This document shows positions 8,827-17,652 of a stretch of DNA of 32,000 nt, piece after piece (the stretch's first letter is position 1; each line of letters opens with the position of its first letter). Made by a program: the position numbers and the translations under genes. This DNA comes from Candidatus Arthromitus sp. SFB-mouse-Japan (GTDB lineage: Bacteria > Bacillota > Clostridia > Clostridiales > Clostridiaceae), in assembly GCF_000270205.1 (NCBI RefSeq), contig NC_015913.1:240001-272000 (forward strand), written 5' to 3'. The notes beneath the pieces were generated by a model. It was given only the letters and a program-made list of their open reading frames with translations. It made no database searches and was not told the origin of the DNA.

Positions 8827-8861
8827 AAATAAGGGGACTGTTTAGCCCCTTATTTATTTTT
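8827..8861. terminator. Bidirectional rho-independent terminator (712-aa gene and ALDH gene converge on it)
   Basis: AAATAAGGGG (8827-8836) pairs with CCCCTTATTT (8846-8855). It has a T-run on the + strand and an A-run upstream. It overlaps the ALDH stop codon (8850-8852). Confidence 0.75.
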
Positions 8862-10232
8862 TGAGAAGAGGGGTTTTATAAATTTTAAATTATAATTTTT
8901 GCTATTTGGATATCTTGATTTAATATCTACTTTAACTGATTTAATTAATATGCTTTTTTTGTGAGTAAAAGTGTCAAATGAATATCTGCCATGATAAGCA
9001 CCTATTCCACTATTTTTCAATCCACCAAATGGTAGATTATTTTCACAAACATGAACGATAGTGTCGTTTATACATCCACCTCCAAATGGAACGTTTAAGA
9101 ATCTATTTATTATGGTTTTATTAGTTGTAAATAAATAGAGTGCAAGGGGAGGAGGGGTGCATTTTAATGAATATATAATATCATCTAAAATATCATAAGT
9201 TTTAATTTGAAGTATTGGACCGAAAATTTCGCATGGGATGATTTCATTTTTATCTATAATAGTTGGAGCGATTTTTAATTTTTCTTTAGAACTTTCACCT
9301 CCAAATATTATGTTGTCTCTATGATTTTCAAGTATTTTAATCAATCTCATAAAATGAGGTTCATTTATGATTTTTGAATAATGTTTAAAATTTAGAGGAT
9401 CTTCAGAGTAAAAATGTTCTATATAAAATATAATTTTGCGTATAAATTCATCTTTAATTTTGTGATTTATATATATTATATCTGGAGCTAGACATGTTTG
9501 ACCAGAATTTAGGAATTTTCCATGTACAATTCTTTTGCATGAAACATCTATTTTGCAATCATCATGTACGATACAAGGATTTTTACCTCCAAGTTCAAGT
9601 GTTATGGGTATTAAATTTTTCGATGATTTTTCATAGATTAATTTTCCGAAATTTGGATTTCCTGTTCCGAATATGTAATCAAAGTTTAAATCTAAAAGTT
9701 CATTTAGTTCATTTTCATCACCATATGTAGAGAAAATATAGCATTTTTCAAATATTTCTCTAAGTATTTTTTCTATTAATTTGTTTGTGTTATGGCTAAG
9801 AGGATGAAGTTTTAATATACAAGTGTTACCTGATGCTATTGCACCTATAAGTGGCATGAGCGAGAGATATAGAGGGTAGTTCCAGCATGATATTATTAGA
9901 CATACTCCGTAAGGTTTTTTATATATGTAAGCCTTGCTTTTAAAATTAATAAAAGAAGTTTTAACTTTTTTTGGCTTTGATAGAGAACGAAGATTTTTAA
10001 TGAAGTAGTTTATTTCATTTAAACAATGGGAGAATTCTGATATAAATGCATCTTCTTTTGATTTGCCGAGATCTTCATACAGTGCTGTGTAAATTTCATT
10101 TTCATTTTTTAATAATTCTTTTTTTAGTTTTATAAGGTTTACCATTCTAAAATTTATTGGGAGTGTTGCTTCTTCATTAAAGAACTCTTTTTGGCTGTAG
10201 AAAATACTTTTTATACTCATAATATCCTCCAT
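8850..10232 (-). CDS. NAD(P)+-dependent aldehyde dehydrogenase (class-3-like ALDH)
   Basis: 460 aa. Motifs present: catalytic Glu LELGGKNPCIV, catalytic Cys NSGQTCLAPD, GTGNPNFG and FGGLKNSGIG. Confidence 0.85.
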   Translation of the reverse strand: MEDIMSIKSIFYSQKEFFNEEATLPINFRMVNLIKLKKELLKNENEIYTALYEDLGKSKEDAFISEFSHCLNEINYFIKNLRSLSKPKKVKTSFINFKSKAYIYKKPYGVCLIISCWNYPLYLSLMPLIGAIASGNTCILKLHPLSHNTNKLIEKILREIFEKCYIFSTYGDENELNELLDLNFDYIFGTGNPNFGKLIYEKSSKNLIPITLELGGKNPCIVHDDCKIDVSCKRIVHGKFLNSGQTCLAPDIIYINHKIKDEFIRKIIFYIEHFYSEDPLNFKHYSKIINEPHFMRLIKILENHRDNIIFGGESSKEKLKIAPTIIDKNEIIPCEIFGPILQIKTYDILDDIIYSLKCTPPPLALYLFTTNKTIINRFLNVPFGGGCINDTIVHVCENNLPFGGLKNSGIGAYHGRYSFDTFTHKKSILIKSVKVDIKSRYPNSKNYNLKFIKPLFSKNK

Positions 10233-10297
10233 TTTTGCAATATACCTTAATTTTAAATTAAATGAATAAAAATTAAAAGATTTTGTTTTTGGAATAA

Positions 10298-10325
10298 TTG
10301 GAACTAATTTAGAGGAAACTACAAT
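10298..10325 (+). promoter_or_regulatory. Candidate sigma-A promoter for the GHL10 gene
   Basis: TTGGAA (10298-10303), a 16-nt spacer, then TACAAT (10320-10325). It lies 31 nt upstream of ATG 10356, which is preceded by TAGGAGA. Confidence 0.4.
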
Positions 10326-10355
10326 AAAAATTTTAGTTAATGATTAGGAGATGTT

Positions 10356-12170
10356 ATGGATAAGATTATAATTAAGTTTTTATTATTTTTTACGATCTTA
10401 TTTGGAATTATGAGTCATAAGGTCTATGCAAATGATGGTATGGTGATAGATGATTCTTTAGAGGAAATTCTTTATAGGTTTGATCAGATAAATGAAAATG
10501 GTGATGTGATTTATGATAAAAAATCTCCTATAATGGTTGATGGTAAGAAGATAAAACTAAAGAAGATATATGATTCAAATAAGGAGATGTTTAGGGGAAC
10601 TTGGATAGCTACTATATCTAACATAAATTTTCCAAGCAGAAGAGATATGACTTTTGATGAACTTAAGGATGAATTTGATTTTATGCTTAATAGAGTTAAG
10701 GAGCTTAATTTGAATGCAATTTTTTTCCAGGTAAGCCCAGAACTTGATGCTTTTTATGAATCATCTTTTAGGCCGTGGTCTAAGTATCTCTCAGGAGAGC
10801 AGGGTAAGTCACCTTCTTATATAAGTGAGGGAAAGGATTTTTTAAAGTATGCAATTAATGAAACTAGAAAAAGAGGAATTGAGTTTCATGCATGGTTTAA
10901 TCCTTATAGGGTTACGAAAGATCCTCTTATTAATAATACAAAAGAGGAGATATTAGAGACTTTACATAAAAATAATTTTGCAAGGCTTAATAAGGATTTG
11001 GTTTATTTATTTCAGGGTAAATTGTTTTTAGATCCAGGAAGATATGAGGTTATTGAGTTTGTTAAAAACACGATTCATGAATTTATAACTAAGTATGATG
11101 TTGATGGAATACATTTTGATGATTATTTCTATCCTTATGGATCTCAAAATATAAAGGGCGTTAATTATAAATTCGGAGATATGAATGAAGATTTAAAAAC
11201 ATTCAATGAAAATAATAGAGGAATAACTGATATAAAGGACTGGAGAAGAGATAATATAAGTATTTTAATAAAAGAGATTTCATCTATAATAAATCACCAT
11301 AATTACATGAATGGTAAATCTGTTCAGTGGGGAGTATCTCCTTTTGGCATATATGCACATAAAGGTGAAGAAATTAAAGATGGAGTGAAGACTGGAAATT
11401 TATTAAATGGATCTAATACTCCACATGGATCATTATCTAGTTATAGAGATATTTATGTAGATACATTGAGATGGATAAATAATAATTTTATAGATTATGT
11501 AATCCCCCAGATATATTGGACCTTTGGTAAAGATGAGGCACCATATGAAGAACTTATAAATTTTTGGAGTGAGGCTGTTAAAAATAAAAGGTGTCAATTG
11601 TATATAGGTCATGGGAATTATTGTGTAAGAGAAGTAAAGGGTGATAAAAATTGGAATAATCCTTATGAGATAATTAATCAAATTAAATTTAATTCCAATT
11701 ATGATGAAATATTAGGTAGTGTTTTTTTTAGTATTAAGGATTTATATAAGAGATTAGATTTCCCAGATAAAAGGGAAGGAGTATATAGAAAATATATAAA
11801 TTTATTGGAGAGAGATATACTTAAGTTTAAGGCTATTGTACCCAGCAAGCCTTGGCTTGATTTTAAAACTACATTCGAAGTTTCAGATCTTCGTGTATTA
11901 AGAAGTGATGAGAATAAACATTATTTATTTTTCAAAGATAAGATATCAAATGATAGCAAATTTTATATAGTATATGGTTTTGAGAGTGAAGATAAGATTG
12001 ATTTAAAAGATAGCAAGAATATATTAGGAATTTATGGCAGAGATTATACTAAGGAATCCCAGCATATTGTAATTGATAATTTGAAAGATAGTATTAAGAT
12101 TTTTGTTGTAACTGTTCAAGATGAATCTGGTATTGAGAGTAGTGGAGTTAAATATACATTTGGAATTTAA
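10356..12170 (+). CDS. Secreted glycoside-hydrolase-like family 10 (GHL10/DUF187, YngK-like) protein
   Basis: 604 aa. Signal peptide ends at KVYA/ND. Family pattern present: FRGTWIATISNINFPS...NLNAIFFQVSPELDAFYESSFRPWSKYLSGEQGKSP...GIEFHAWFNPYRV...LFLDPGRYEV...DVDGIHFDDYFYP. Confidence 0.7.
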   Translation: MDKIIIKFLLFFTILFGIMSHKVYANDGMVIDDSLEEILYRFDQINENGDVIYDKKSPIMVDGKKIKLKKIYDSNKEMFRGTWIATISNINFPSRRDMTFDELKDEFDFMLNRVKELNLNAIFFQVSPELDAFYESSFRPWSKYLSGEQGKSPSYISEGKDFLKYAINETRKRGIEFHAWFNPYRVTKDPLINNTKEEILETLHKNNFARLNKDLVYLFQGKLFLDPGRYEVIEFVKNTIHEFITKYDVDGIHFDDYFYPYGSQNIKGVNYKFGDMNEDLKTFNENNRGITDIKDWRRDNISILIKEISSIINHHNYMNGKSVQWGVSPFGIYAHKGEEIKDGVKTGNLLNGSNTPHGSLSSYRDIYVDTLRWINNNFIDYVIPQIYWTFGKDEAPYEELINFWSEAVKNKRCQLYIGHGNYCVREVKGDKNWNNPYEIINQIKFNSNYDEILGSVFFSIKDLYKRLDFPDKREGVYRKYINLLERDILKFKAIVPSKPWLDFKTTFEVSDLRVLRSDENKHYLFFKDKISNDSKFYIVYGFESEDKIDLKDSKNILGIYGRDYTKESQHIVIDNLKDSIKIFVVTVQDESGIESSGVKYTFGI

Positions 12171-12237
12171 TAGAGAATAATTTATAAATACATGATAAAA
12201 TATAAATTGAATCATTAAAGATATATGGAGGGATAAA

Positions 12238-12963
12238 ATGAAAACTATAGTAGTTAAAAATTCGGATGAAGCATGCAAGAAAGCAAGTGATATAATATGT
12301 TCTGTAGTAAGAGATAATAAAAATGCATTGCTTGGATTGGCAACAGGTGGAACAGCAGAGGGTGTATATAAATATATTGTTGAAGAGTTTAAAAATGGAA
12401 AGATAGATTTATCAAATGTTAAAACTATTAATTTAGATGAGTATGTTGGAATAGGGGGGGATCATCCTCAAAGTTATAGAAGGTATATGGATGATCACTT
12501 TTTTAATCATGTTAATATAAATAAGGAAAATACATATGTTCCGATTACAACTGGGGACATAGATAGGGAACTTTTAAATATTAAAGAGATAATAGATGGA
12601 AATGGTGGAACGGATATACAGTTACTAGGGGTTGGTAGAAATGGTCATATTGCATTTAATGAACCAGGGGAGTGTTTAAATGCAAGTGCCAGTATTGTTG
12701 ATTTAAATGAGGATACCATAAGAGCAAATTCTAGATATTTTTCTAATATAGATGAGGTTCCTAAGAAAGCTTTAAGCCTTGGAATAGGGGATATACTAAA
12801 ATCTAAAAAGATAATTTTATTGGCTTTTGGAAGTGAAAAAGCTAATGCAATTAGAGAACTTTTAAGTAATGATTTTATTACAACTAAGGTTCCATGTACC
12901 TTATTAAAGGCTCATAATGATGTAACTATAATTATTGATGAAGCTCTATCAGAAAAGCTTTAG
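12238..12963 (+). CDS. nagB: Glucosamine-6-phosphate deaminase
   Basis: 241 aa. Motifs present: LGLATGGT, INLDEYVG and LLGVGRNGHIAFNEPG (active-site His/Glu). Confidence 0.9.
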   Translation: MKTIVVKNSDEACKKASDIICSVVRDNKNALLGLATGGTAEGVYKYIVEEFKNGKIDLSNVKTINLDEYVGIGGDHPQSYRRYMDDHFFNHVNINKENTYVPITTGDIDRELLNIKEIIDGNGGTDIQLLGVGRNGHIAFNEPGECLNASASIVDLNEDTIRANSRYFSNIDEVPKKALSLGIGDILKSKKIILLAFGSEKANAIRELLSNDFITTKVPCTLLKAHNDVTIIIDEALSEKL

Positions 12964-13043
12964 ATTTATTTTAATTAAAATAGGTTTAAACTTTTTAAAA
13001 ATGTAAATAATTAACATATACAATATTTGTTGGGGGTTTAAAA

Positions 13044-13436
13044 ATGTTTTTATCATTATTTACAGATAGAGAAAGAGATTTATTTTATGCTTTATCTCTT
13101 CATTTAATTGAGAGTGATGGTATTATAACAGGGGAAGAGAAGACTATGCTCGAAGGTTTTAAGCTTGAGAGCGGTAGAGAGCTTGAGAGAATACAGGGAA
13201 CTCCTAATGAGATTATAAGTGAGTTGAGTTTAAGTAGTGATAAGATTAAAAATTGCATATTGCTCGAGCTTATATATGTAGCTCTTGCAGATAACAATTA
13301 TACAGAGAATGAGAAATCGATAATTTCTAAAGTAGTTAGTGAATTCGATATATGTGAGGATAAGTTTAGAGAGATTTTTGATTGGGTTATAAACTTAAAA
13401 GGAATGTATTCAAAGATACTTGAGCTAGTTATGTAA
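13044..13436 (+). CDS. Hypothetical small acidic protein (weak TerB/DjlA-N-like two-repeat pattern)
   Basis: 130 aa. SD GGGGG is upstream and the gene has its own terminator. Two similar helical units (LIESDGIITGEEKTMLEGF and ALADNNYTENEKSIISKVV) are seen. The family assignment is tentative. Confidence 0.45.
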   Translation: MFLSLFTDRERDLFYALSLHLIESDGIITGEEKTMLEGFKLESGRELERIQGTPNEIISELSLSSDKIKNCILLELIYVALADNNYTENEKSIISKVVSEFDICEDKFREIFDWVINLKGMYSKILELVM

Positions 13437-13470
13437 GGTAGTTTTTTAACTACCTATTTTTATTTTTTAG
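13436..13470 (+). terminator. Rho-independent terminator
   Basis: AGGTAGTT (13436-13443) pairs with AACTACCT (13448-13455) across a TTTT loop, followed by ATTTTTATTTTTT. Confidence 0.7.
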
Positions 13471-13592
13471 TTTATTTTAACAAAAAAAATAAATGCTTAC
13501 TCATAAATTACTAAAATTTGAGCAAAATAGAATTAAGATGAAATGAATGAAAAAATATATATTATAAAAAATTCAGATTTGGAGGAATAACT

Positions 13593-14783
13593 ATGAGTAA
13601 TTTGAGTTTAAATAAGATTACTGTATCGTTATTGTTAATTTTGACATTTAGTCTAAAGACGGTTATAGGAGCAAAAGCTGTAGAGGTTTTTAATAATGAA
13701 TCATTAGAAGAGTCAGGAAATTTTATATTTAAAGAGTTAGATGAGGTTAAGGATATATACAGTGATATATTAGTTGATAGAATAACTAATGATAAGAATG
13801 TAATAAGTGGTAAAACATTTAAAAATTCTATAGTAAAGTTTAACATAAATAATGTTGAGTATGTTTCAAATACTGATGATGAAGGAAACTTTGTTGTTTT
13901 GGTTGAAGAAGGGTTACTTGTTGATGTTGATCAAATACGTGTTAAGGTGTGTGATTATCTAGATAATGAGTTATCTAATTTATCTTTAGTCGTTCACGAT
14001 ATACTACCTCCTATTGATCCAAAGATTAATGGATTAGTTAATAATTCAGATATTATGGTTAGTGGTAGTGGTGAGCCAAATTCTATTGTAAAATTACTTA
14101 TTGGTGATAGGGAATTTTTAGGATACATATCAAATGATGGGAATTTTGAAATAGAGGTTGGAGATTCTTTAAGAAATGTTGATAAGTTAAGATTGATTTC
14201 ATATGATTATTTTAATAATTATTCCAATATGATTGAAAAAAGTGTGGAAGATGTTATATCACCAGATAGACCTAGTATAACAAATGTTGATTGTATTAAT
14301 AGTTTTGTTTATGGAAATGGTGAAGCTAATTGTGAGGTTGTAGTTAGTTTTGATGGAAAGACTTATAAATCATATATAGATGAAAATGGGTATTTTTATG
14401 TTCAAGATGATGAAGGACTACTTGAAAATACTGAGCATATAAAAGTTCGAGTTGTTGATTTAAGTGGTAATAGTTCTGAGGAAGTATTTTTTGGAATAGA
14501 GAAGCAAAATGTTGGAGCGATAACGTTAAGGAGTTTAGATCCAGATAATAATGTTATAAAAGATGCTATGATAAGATTAAATGGAGCTGATGATTATTTG
14601 TATAATAATGAAGATAGAGTATTTAATTTAAATAGTGAAGGCAATCTTATGATAGAAGATATACCTTTTGGTGACTATGAACTTTTAATAAGGTATAGAA
14701 CGATCAATAATAAATTAGAAGAAAATCTTCTTAGTATAAGTTTAAATGAAGAAAATTCTGATATAGAAATTTTAATTGATTAA
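13593..14783 (+). CDS. Secreted protein with three bacterial Ig-like repeats and a C-terminal CnaB/prealbumin-like domain
   Basis: 396 aa. Signal peptide ends at IGAKA/VE. Three ~80-aa repeats share the pattern [VI]SG.G..N..V......[EK]....[DN].[DN]G.F...........I.V...D...N.S. The C-terminus ITLRSLDPDNNVIKDAMIRLNG...NLNSEGNLMIEDIPFGDYELL looks CnaB-like. No LPXTG motif or other anchor. Confidence 0.65.
   Translation: MSNLSLNKITVSLLLILTFSLKTVIGAKAVEVFNNESLEESGNFIFKELDEVKDIYSDILVDRITNDKNVISGKTFKNSIVKFNINNVEYVSNTDDEGNFVVLVEEGLLVDVDQIRVKVCDYLDNELSNLSLVVHDILPPIDPKINGLVNNSDIMVSGSGEPNSIVKLLIGDREFLGYISNDGNFEIEVGDSLRNVDKLRLISYDYFNNYSNMIEKSVEDVISPDRPSITNVDCINSFVYGNGEANCEVVVSFDGKTYKSYIDENGYFYVQDDEGLLENTEHIKVRVVDLSGNSSEEVFFGIEKQNVGAITLRSLDPDNNVIKDAMIRLNGADDYLYNNEDRVFNLNSEGNLMIEDIPFGDYELLIRYRTINNKLEENLLSISLNEENSDIEILID
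13776..14501 (+). repeat. Three tandem Ig-like domain-coding repeats (protein-level similarity)
   Basis: Approx aa 62-135, 136-222 and 223-303. Examples: VISGKTFKNSIVKFNINNVEYVSNTDDEGNFVV...IRVKVCDYLDNELS; MVSGSGEPNSIVKLLIGDREFLGYISNDGNFEI...LRLISYDYFNNYS; VYGNGEANCEVVVSFDGKTYKSYIDENGYFYV...IKVRVVDLSGNSS. Confidence 0.6.
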
Positions 14784-14808
14784 GTTTTTAGTTTAGGGAA
14801 GTGGATAA

Positions 14809-16317
14809 ATGAAGATATTTAAGATATGGCTTATCTTTAGTATTATTTTTATAATATCTGTAATTCCTTTAAATGCCACTTATGCTTGTGAAGAAAATAA
14901 TGTTAGAGAACATAATATTTATACTATGGATGATGAGTATGTTTATAGGTTATCTGAAGATGGTATAGAGATTATAAAGATAAATAATTATGAAGATATG
15001 TATTTTGATTATAGATTAGATGAATATAAAATGAAAAATAGTAAGATCTATGTTTATAATAATAGATTATTTATTAGTGGAATTGAAAATGATGAAGACA
15101 AATCTTATATAAAGATATGTGTGTATGATATTTATGATAAAAAAAATCCTATTAAAATGAATGATTTTAAACTTGAAGGATATGAGTATTTATTTAAATA
15201 TGATGATAATGGGAGTATTTATTTAGTAATTCAACAAACAGAGAGTAATATTCAGATTGTTTCTATAGATTTAAATAAAACAGAGGTAGATTTAAATATA
15301 GATTGTTTTGAAGGTGGAGAAATTAATTTTATATACTTATCAGAAAACGATCTATATGTTATTTGTAATGATGATATGATTGATAGATATTTTACAACGA
15401 TACATAAATTTAATATAAATAGAAGTGAGTTTAAATATATAAACAAAATTTCATTTGATGGGATTATATACAATGATAAATTTATACATAAGTATGATGG
15501 TAATTTAAGAGTACTTGCAACATGTGAAAATTCAAAAAATAAAGTATATATTTTAGATAGAGATTTTACTTATGTAAATTTTATAGATGTTATACTTGAC
15601 AATAAAAATATAAATAGTGTGTATTTTGATGGAGAATTATGTTATATATCTGGATTTTTAAAGGATGGATATTTTTCAATTTATAATTTAAATTACAGCA
15701 ATCCAAACTATATGGGTAGTATAAAATTGACATCTTCTTTTAATTATATATATAAATTGAGTGATGATAAGTTCGTAGTTGTTGGTAATGAGCATAGAGC
15801 AGATACATATAAAAATATGCAAAGTGATAAAGTATTTGAGGTAATTAAAAACACAGGTATAAAAATTAATTTAATAGATGTTTCAGATAAGAATAGCCCT
15901 AAAATATTTGATGAGTATTTTATAAAGGGGAAGGAAGCTTATTTATCAGAATTTTTAGATGAAGGGAAGATGTTATTTTCTAAGGATAAAAACCTATTAG
16001 CATTTACATTAGATATGGGTGATAATAGTATAGATATGGATATAAATACTGCTATGGAAGTTAATTCAGATATTTTAATTCCTAACTGTGATAAATTATT
16101 TACAGGTGTATATGTTTTTGATTTGGATGACAAAGAGGGTATTGGTTTAAAATTTATAATAGAATCCAATGATAACTTATTTAAAGATAAGAGTATAGAG
16201 GGTATAAGTATACATAAAGATAGTATATTTATATTTTCAGATGACTACTTTGAAGTTTTTGATTTAGATGGGAAATTATTAGGAGAATATACATTCAAAA
16301 AAGAGGAAACAAGATAA
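14809..16317 (+). CDS. Secreted beta-propeller domain protein (Beta_propel-like)
   Basis: 502 aa. Signal peptide ends at ATYA/CEEN. Blade-like periodicity is visible. The segment YFSIYNLNYSNPNYMGSIKLTSSFNYIYKLSDDKFVVVG resembles the family core (DPLfviDLsdP.nP...G.LkipG.S.YLHP). The assignment is by eye only. Confidence 0.45.
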   Translation: MKIFKIWLIFSIIFIISVIPLNATYACEENNVREHNIYTMDDEYVYRLSEDGIEIIKINNYEDMYFDYRLDEYKMKNSKIYVYNNRLFISGIENDEDKSYIKICVYDIYDKKNPIKMNDFKLEGYEYLFKYDDNGSIYLVIQQTESNIQIVSIDLNKTEVDLNIDCFEGGEINFIYLSENDLYVICNDDMIDRYFTTIHKFNINRSEFKYINKISFDGIIYNDKFIHKYDGNLRVLATCENSKNKVYILDRDFTYVNFIDVILDNKNINSVYFDGELCYISGFLKDGYFSIYNLNYSNPNYMGSIKLTSSFNYIYKLSDDKFVVVGNEHRADTYKNMQSDKVFEVIKNTGIKINLIDVSDKNSPKIFDEYFIKGKEAYLSEFLDEGKMLFSKDKNLLAFTLDMGDNSIDMDINTAMEVNSDILIPNCDKLFTGVYVFDLDDKEGIGLKFIIESNDNLFKDKSIEGISIHKDSIFIFSDDYFEVFDLDGKLLGEYTFKKEETR

Positions 16318-16328
16318 TTGTTTCCTCT
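16302..16328. terminator. Bidirectional terminator hairpin shared by the beta-propeller gene and speE
   Basis: AGAGGAAACAA (16302-16312) pairs perfectly with TTGTTTCCTCT (16318-16328) across a GATAA loop. It overlaps both stop codons. Confidence 0.7.
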
Positions 16329-17184
16329 AATTATTTTTACCTTCATTTATTATGTTTTGAACATAGTTTGGTAAAACAAAACTTGCTTTATGGAGTTTAG
16401 TATTATAATAATTTGTTTTGATATTATTTGAATTCCATTTAGAAATATCATCATTTATTGGATTTATAGATTTCGATGCAAATCCAAATAACCAATGACC
16501 AGATGGGTAAGTTGGAATGAATGATTGATAATATTTAAGTATTGGGAAAATTTTATTAATTTTTGATGCGGATCTTTTAAGTTCTTTTATATTAAATGGA
16601 TAATAAGGACTCTCACTTTGATTTACAAGAATACCATCATCTTTTAGAATTCTATAGCAATTATTGTAGAAATTTAAACTAAATAATCCTTCACCAGGTC
16701 CTATTGGGTCTGTTGAATCGACTATTATTAAGTCGTATGATTTATCGTTAGAATTTTCAACGAATGTTATTCCATCTTGAAATAACAAATTAACCCTAGA
16801 ATCTCTTTTAAGTGATTGAGAAACATTTGGGAAGAATTCAAGAGAAACATTTACAACTTCTTCATCTATTTCAACCATGGTAATAGAACTAATATTTTTA
16901 TATCTACATAGTTCTCTAACTGTGCCACCATCACCAGCCCCAATAACAAGAACATCTTTAATATTAGGATTACTAGCCATTGGAGTATGAACTATCATTT
17001 CGTGGTATATAAACTCGTCTTTTTCAGTTATCATCATTATATCATCGATAACTAAATAATTCCCAAATAATTTATTATTATAAACGTCTATAGTTTGAAA
17101 TTTACTTTTTTTGTGACAAAGATGTTTATCGATTTTATATGATATTTTAACATCATCATCGTATTTTTCTGTGAACCAAGTCAT
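16327..17184 (-). CDS. speE: Spermidine synthase
   Basis: 285 aa. Motifs present: VLVIGAGDGGTVRE, MVEIDEEVV, IIVDSTDPIGPGEGLF. Confidence 0.9.
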   Translation of the reverse strand: MTWFTEKYDDDVKISYKIDKHLCHKKSKFQTIDVYNNKLFGNYLVIDDIMMITEKDEFIYHEMIVHTPMASNPNIKDVLVIGAGDGGTVRELCRYKNISSITMVEIDEEVVNVSLEFFPNVSQSLKRDSRVNLLFQDGITFVENSNDKSYDLIIVDSTDPIGPGEGLFSLNFYNNCYRILKDDGILVNQSESPYYPFNIKELKRSASKINKIFPILKYYQSFIPTYPSGHWLFGFASKSINPINDDISKWNSNNIKTNYYNTKLHKASFVLPNYVQNIINEGKNN

Positions 17185-17196
17185 TATAAAAACCTC

Positions 17197-17610
17197 CTAA
17201 GCATTAGGTTTATGGAATATAGTATCAGCATTAAAATTTCCATGTTTGGCTATCTTTTGAGTAAGGCCTCTAGGAATTTCTGTAGATTCGCTTATATCAG
17301 CTAAGAGCTTTTTTTCTAAATAATCAAAACCAACCCATGGATCTATAGTTCCACAAGTAAACAAATCAACAGCTGCATAACCATATTCAGGCCATGTATG
17401 GATTGTTAAGTGAGACTCAGAGATTATAACTGCGCCACTTACGCCATAAGGGTTAAAATGATGAAAGCAACTTTCAACTATTGTAGCCCCCATTTTAATA
17501 GCAGATTCTTTCATGTAAGTCTCAATAAGTTTTGGATCTTTTAAAATTTCATTATTACAATTATAATATTCAACTAAAATATGACGACCTAATGCATTAA
17601 TAGTATGCAC
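17197..17610 (-). CDS. speH: S-adenosylmethionine decarboxylase proenzyme (class 1B, Bacillus type)
   Basis: 137 aa with a GTG start, 7 nt after GGAGGG. Self-processing site and motif VIISE/SHLTIHTWPEYGYAAVDLFTCG. Confidence 0.9.
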   Translation of the reverse strand: MHTINALGRHILVEYYNCNNEILKDPKLIETYMKESAIKMGATIVESCFHHFNPYGVSGAVIISESHLTIHTWPEYGYAAVDLFTCGTIDPWVGFDYLEKKLLADISESTEIPRGLTQKIAKHGNFNADTIFHKPNA

Positions 17611-17652
17611 TTTACACCCTCCCTCAGAGATACAAAAGTTTACTTAATAAAT

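Noticed and set aside
9494-9730. 78-aa + strand ORF inside the ALDH gene
   Set aside because: It is antisense to a well-supported ALDH (catalytic Cys/Glu motifs), and its His/Phe-rich sequence looks like nonsense.
10251-10265. AT-only near-palindrome TTAATTTTAAATTAA in the ALDH/GHL10 divergent spacer
   Set aside because: It is imperfect and low-complexity, and is expected by chance in this composition.
11433-12278. Two minus-strand ORFs (11433-11681 and 12024-12278) overlapping the GHL10 gene and the nagB start
   Set aside because: They are antisense shadows of supported genes. They are Ile/Tyr/Phe-rich with no SD and no motifs.
13100-13846. Minus-strand ORFs 13100-13297 and 13562-13846
   Set aside because: They are antisense to the small acidic-protein gene and to the signal-peptide end of the Ig-repeat gene. 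Their Ser/Leu/Ile low-complexity composition gives no independent support.
15252-16169. Minus-strand ORFs 15252-15473 and 15939-16169 inside the beta-propeller gene
   Set aside because: These are antisense shadow ORFs with no SD.
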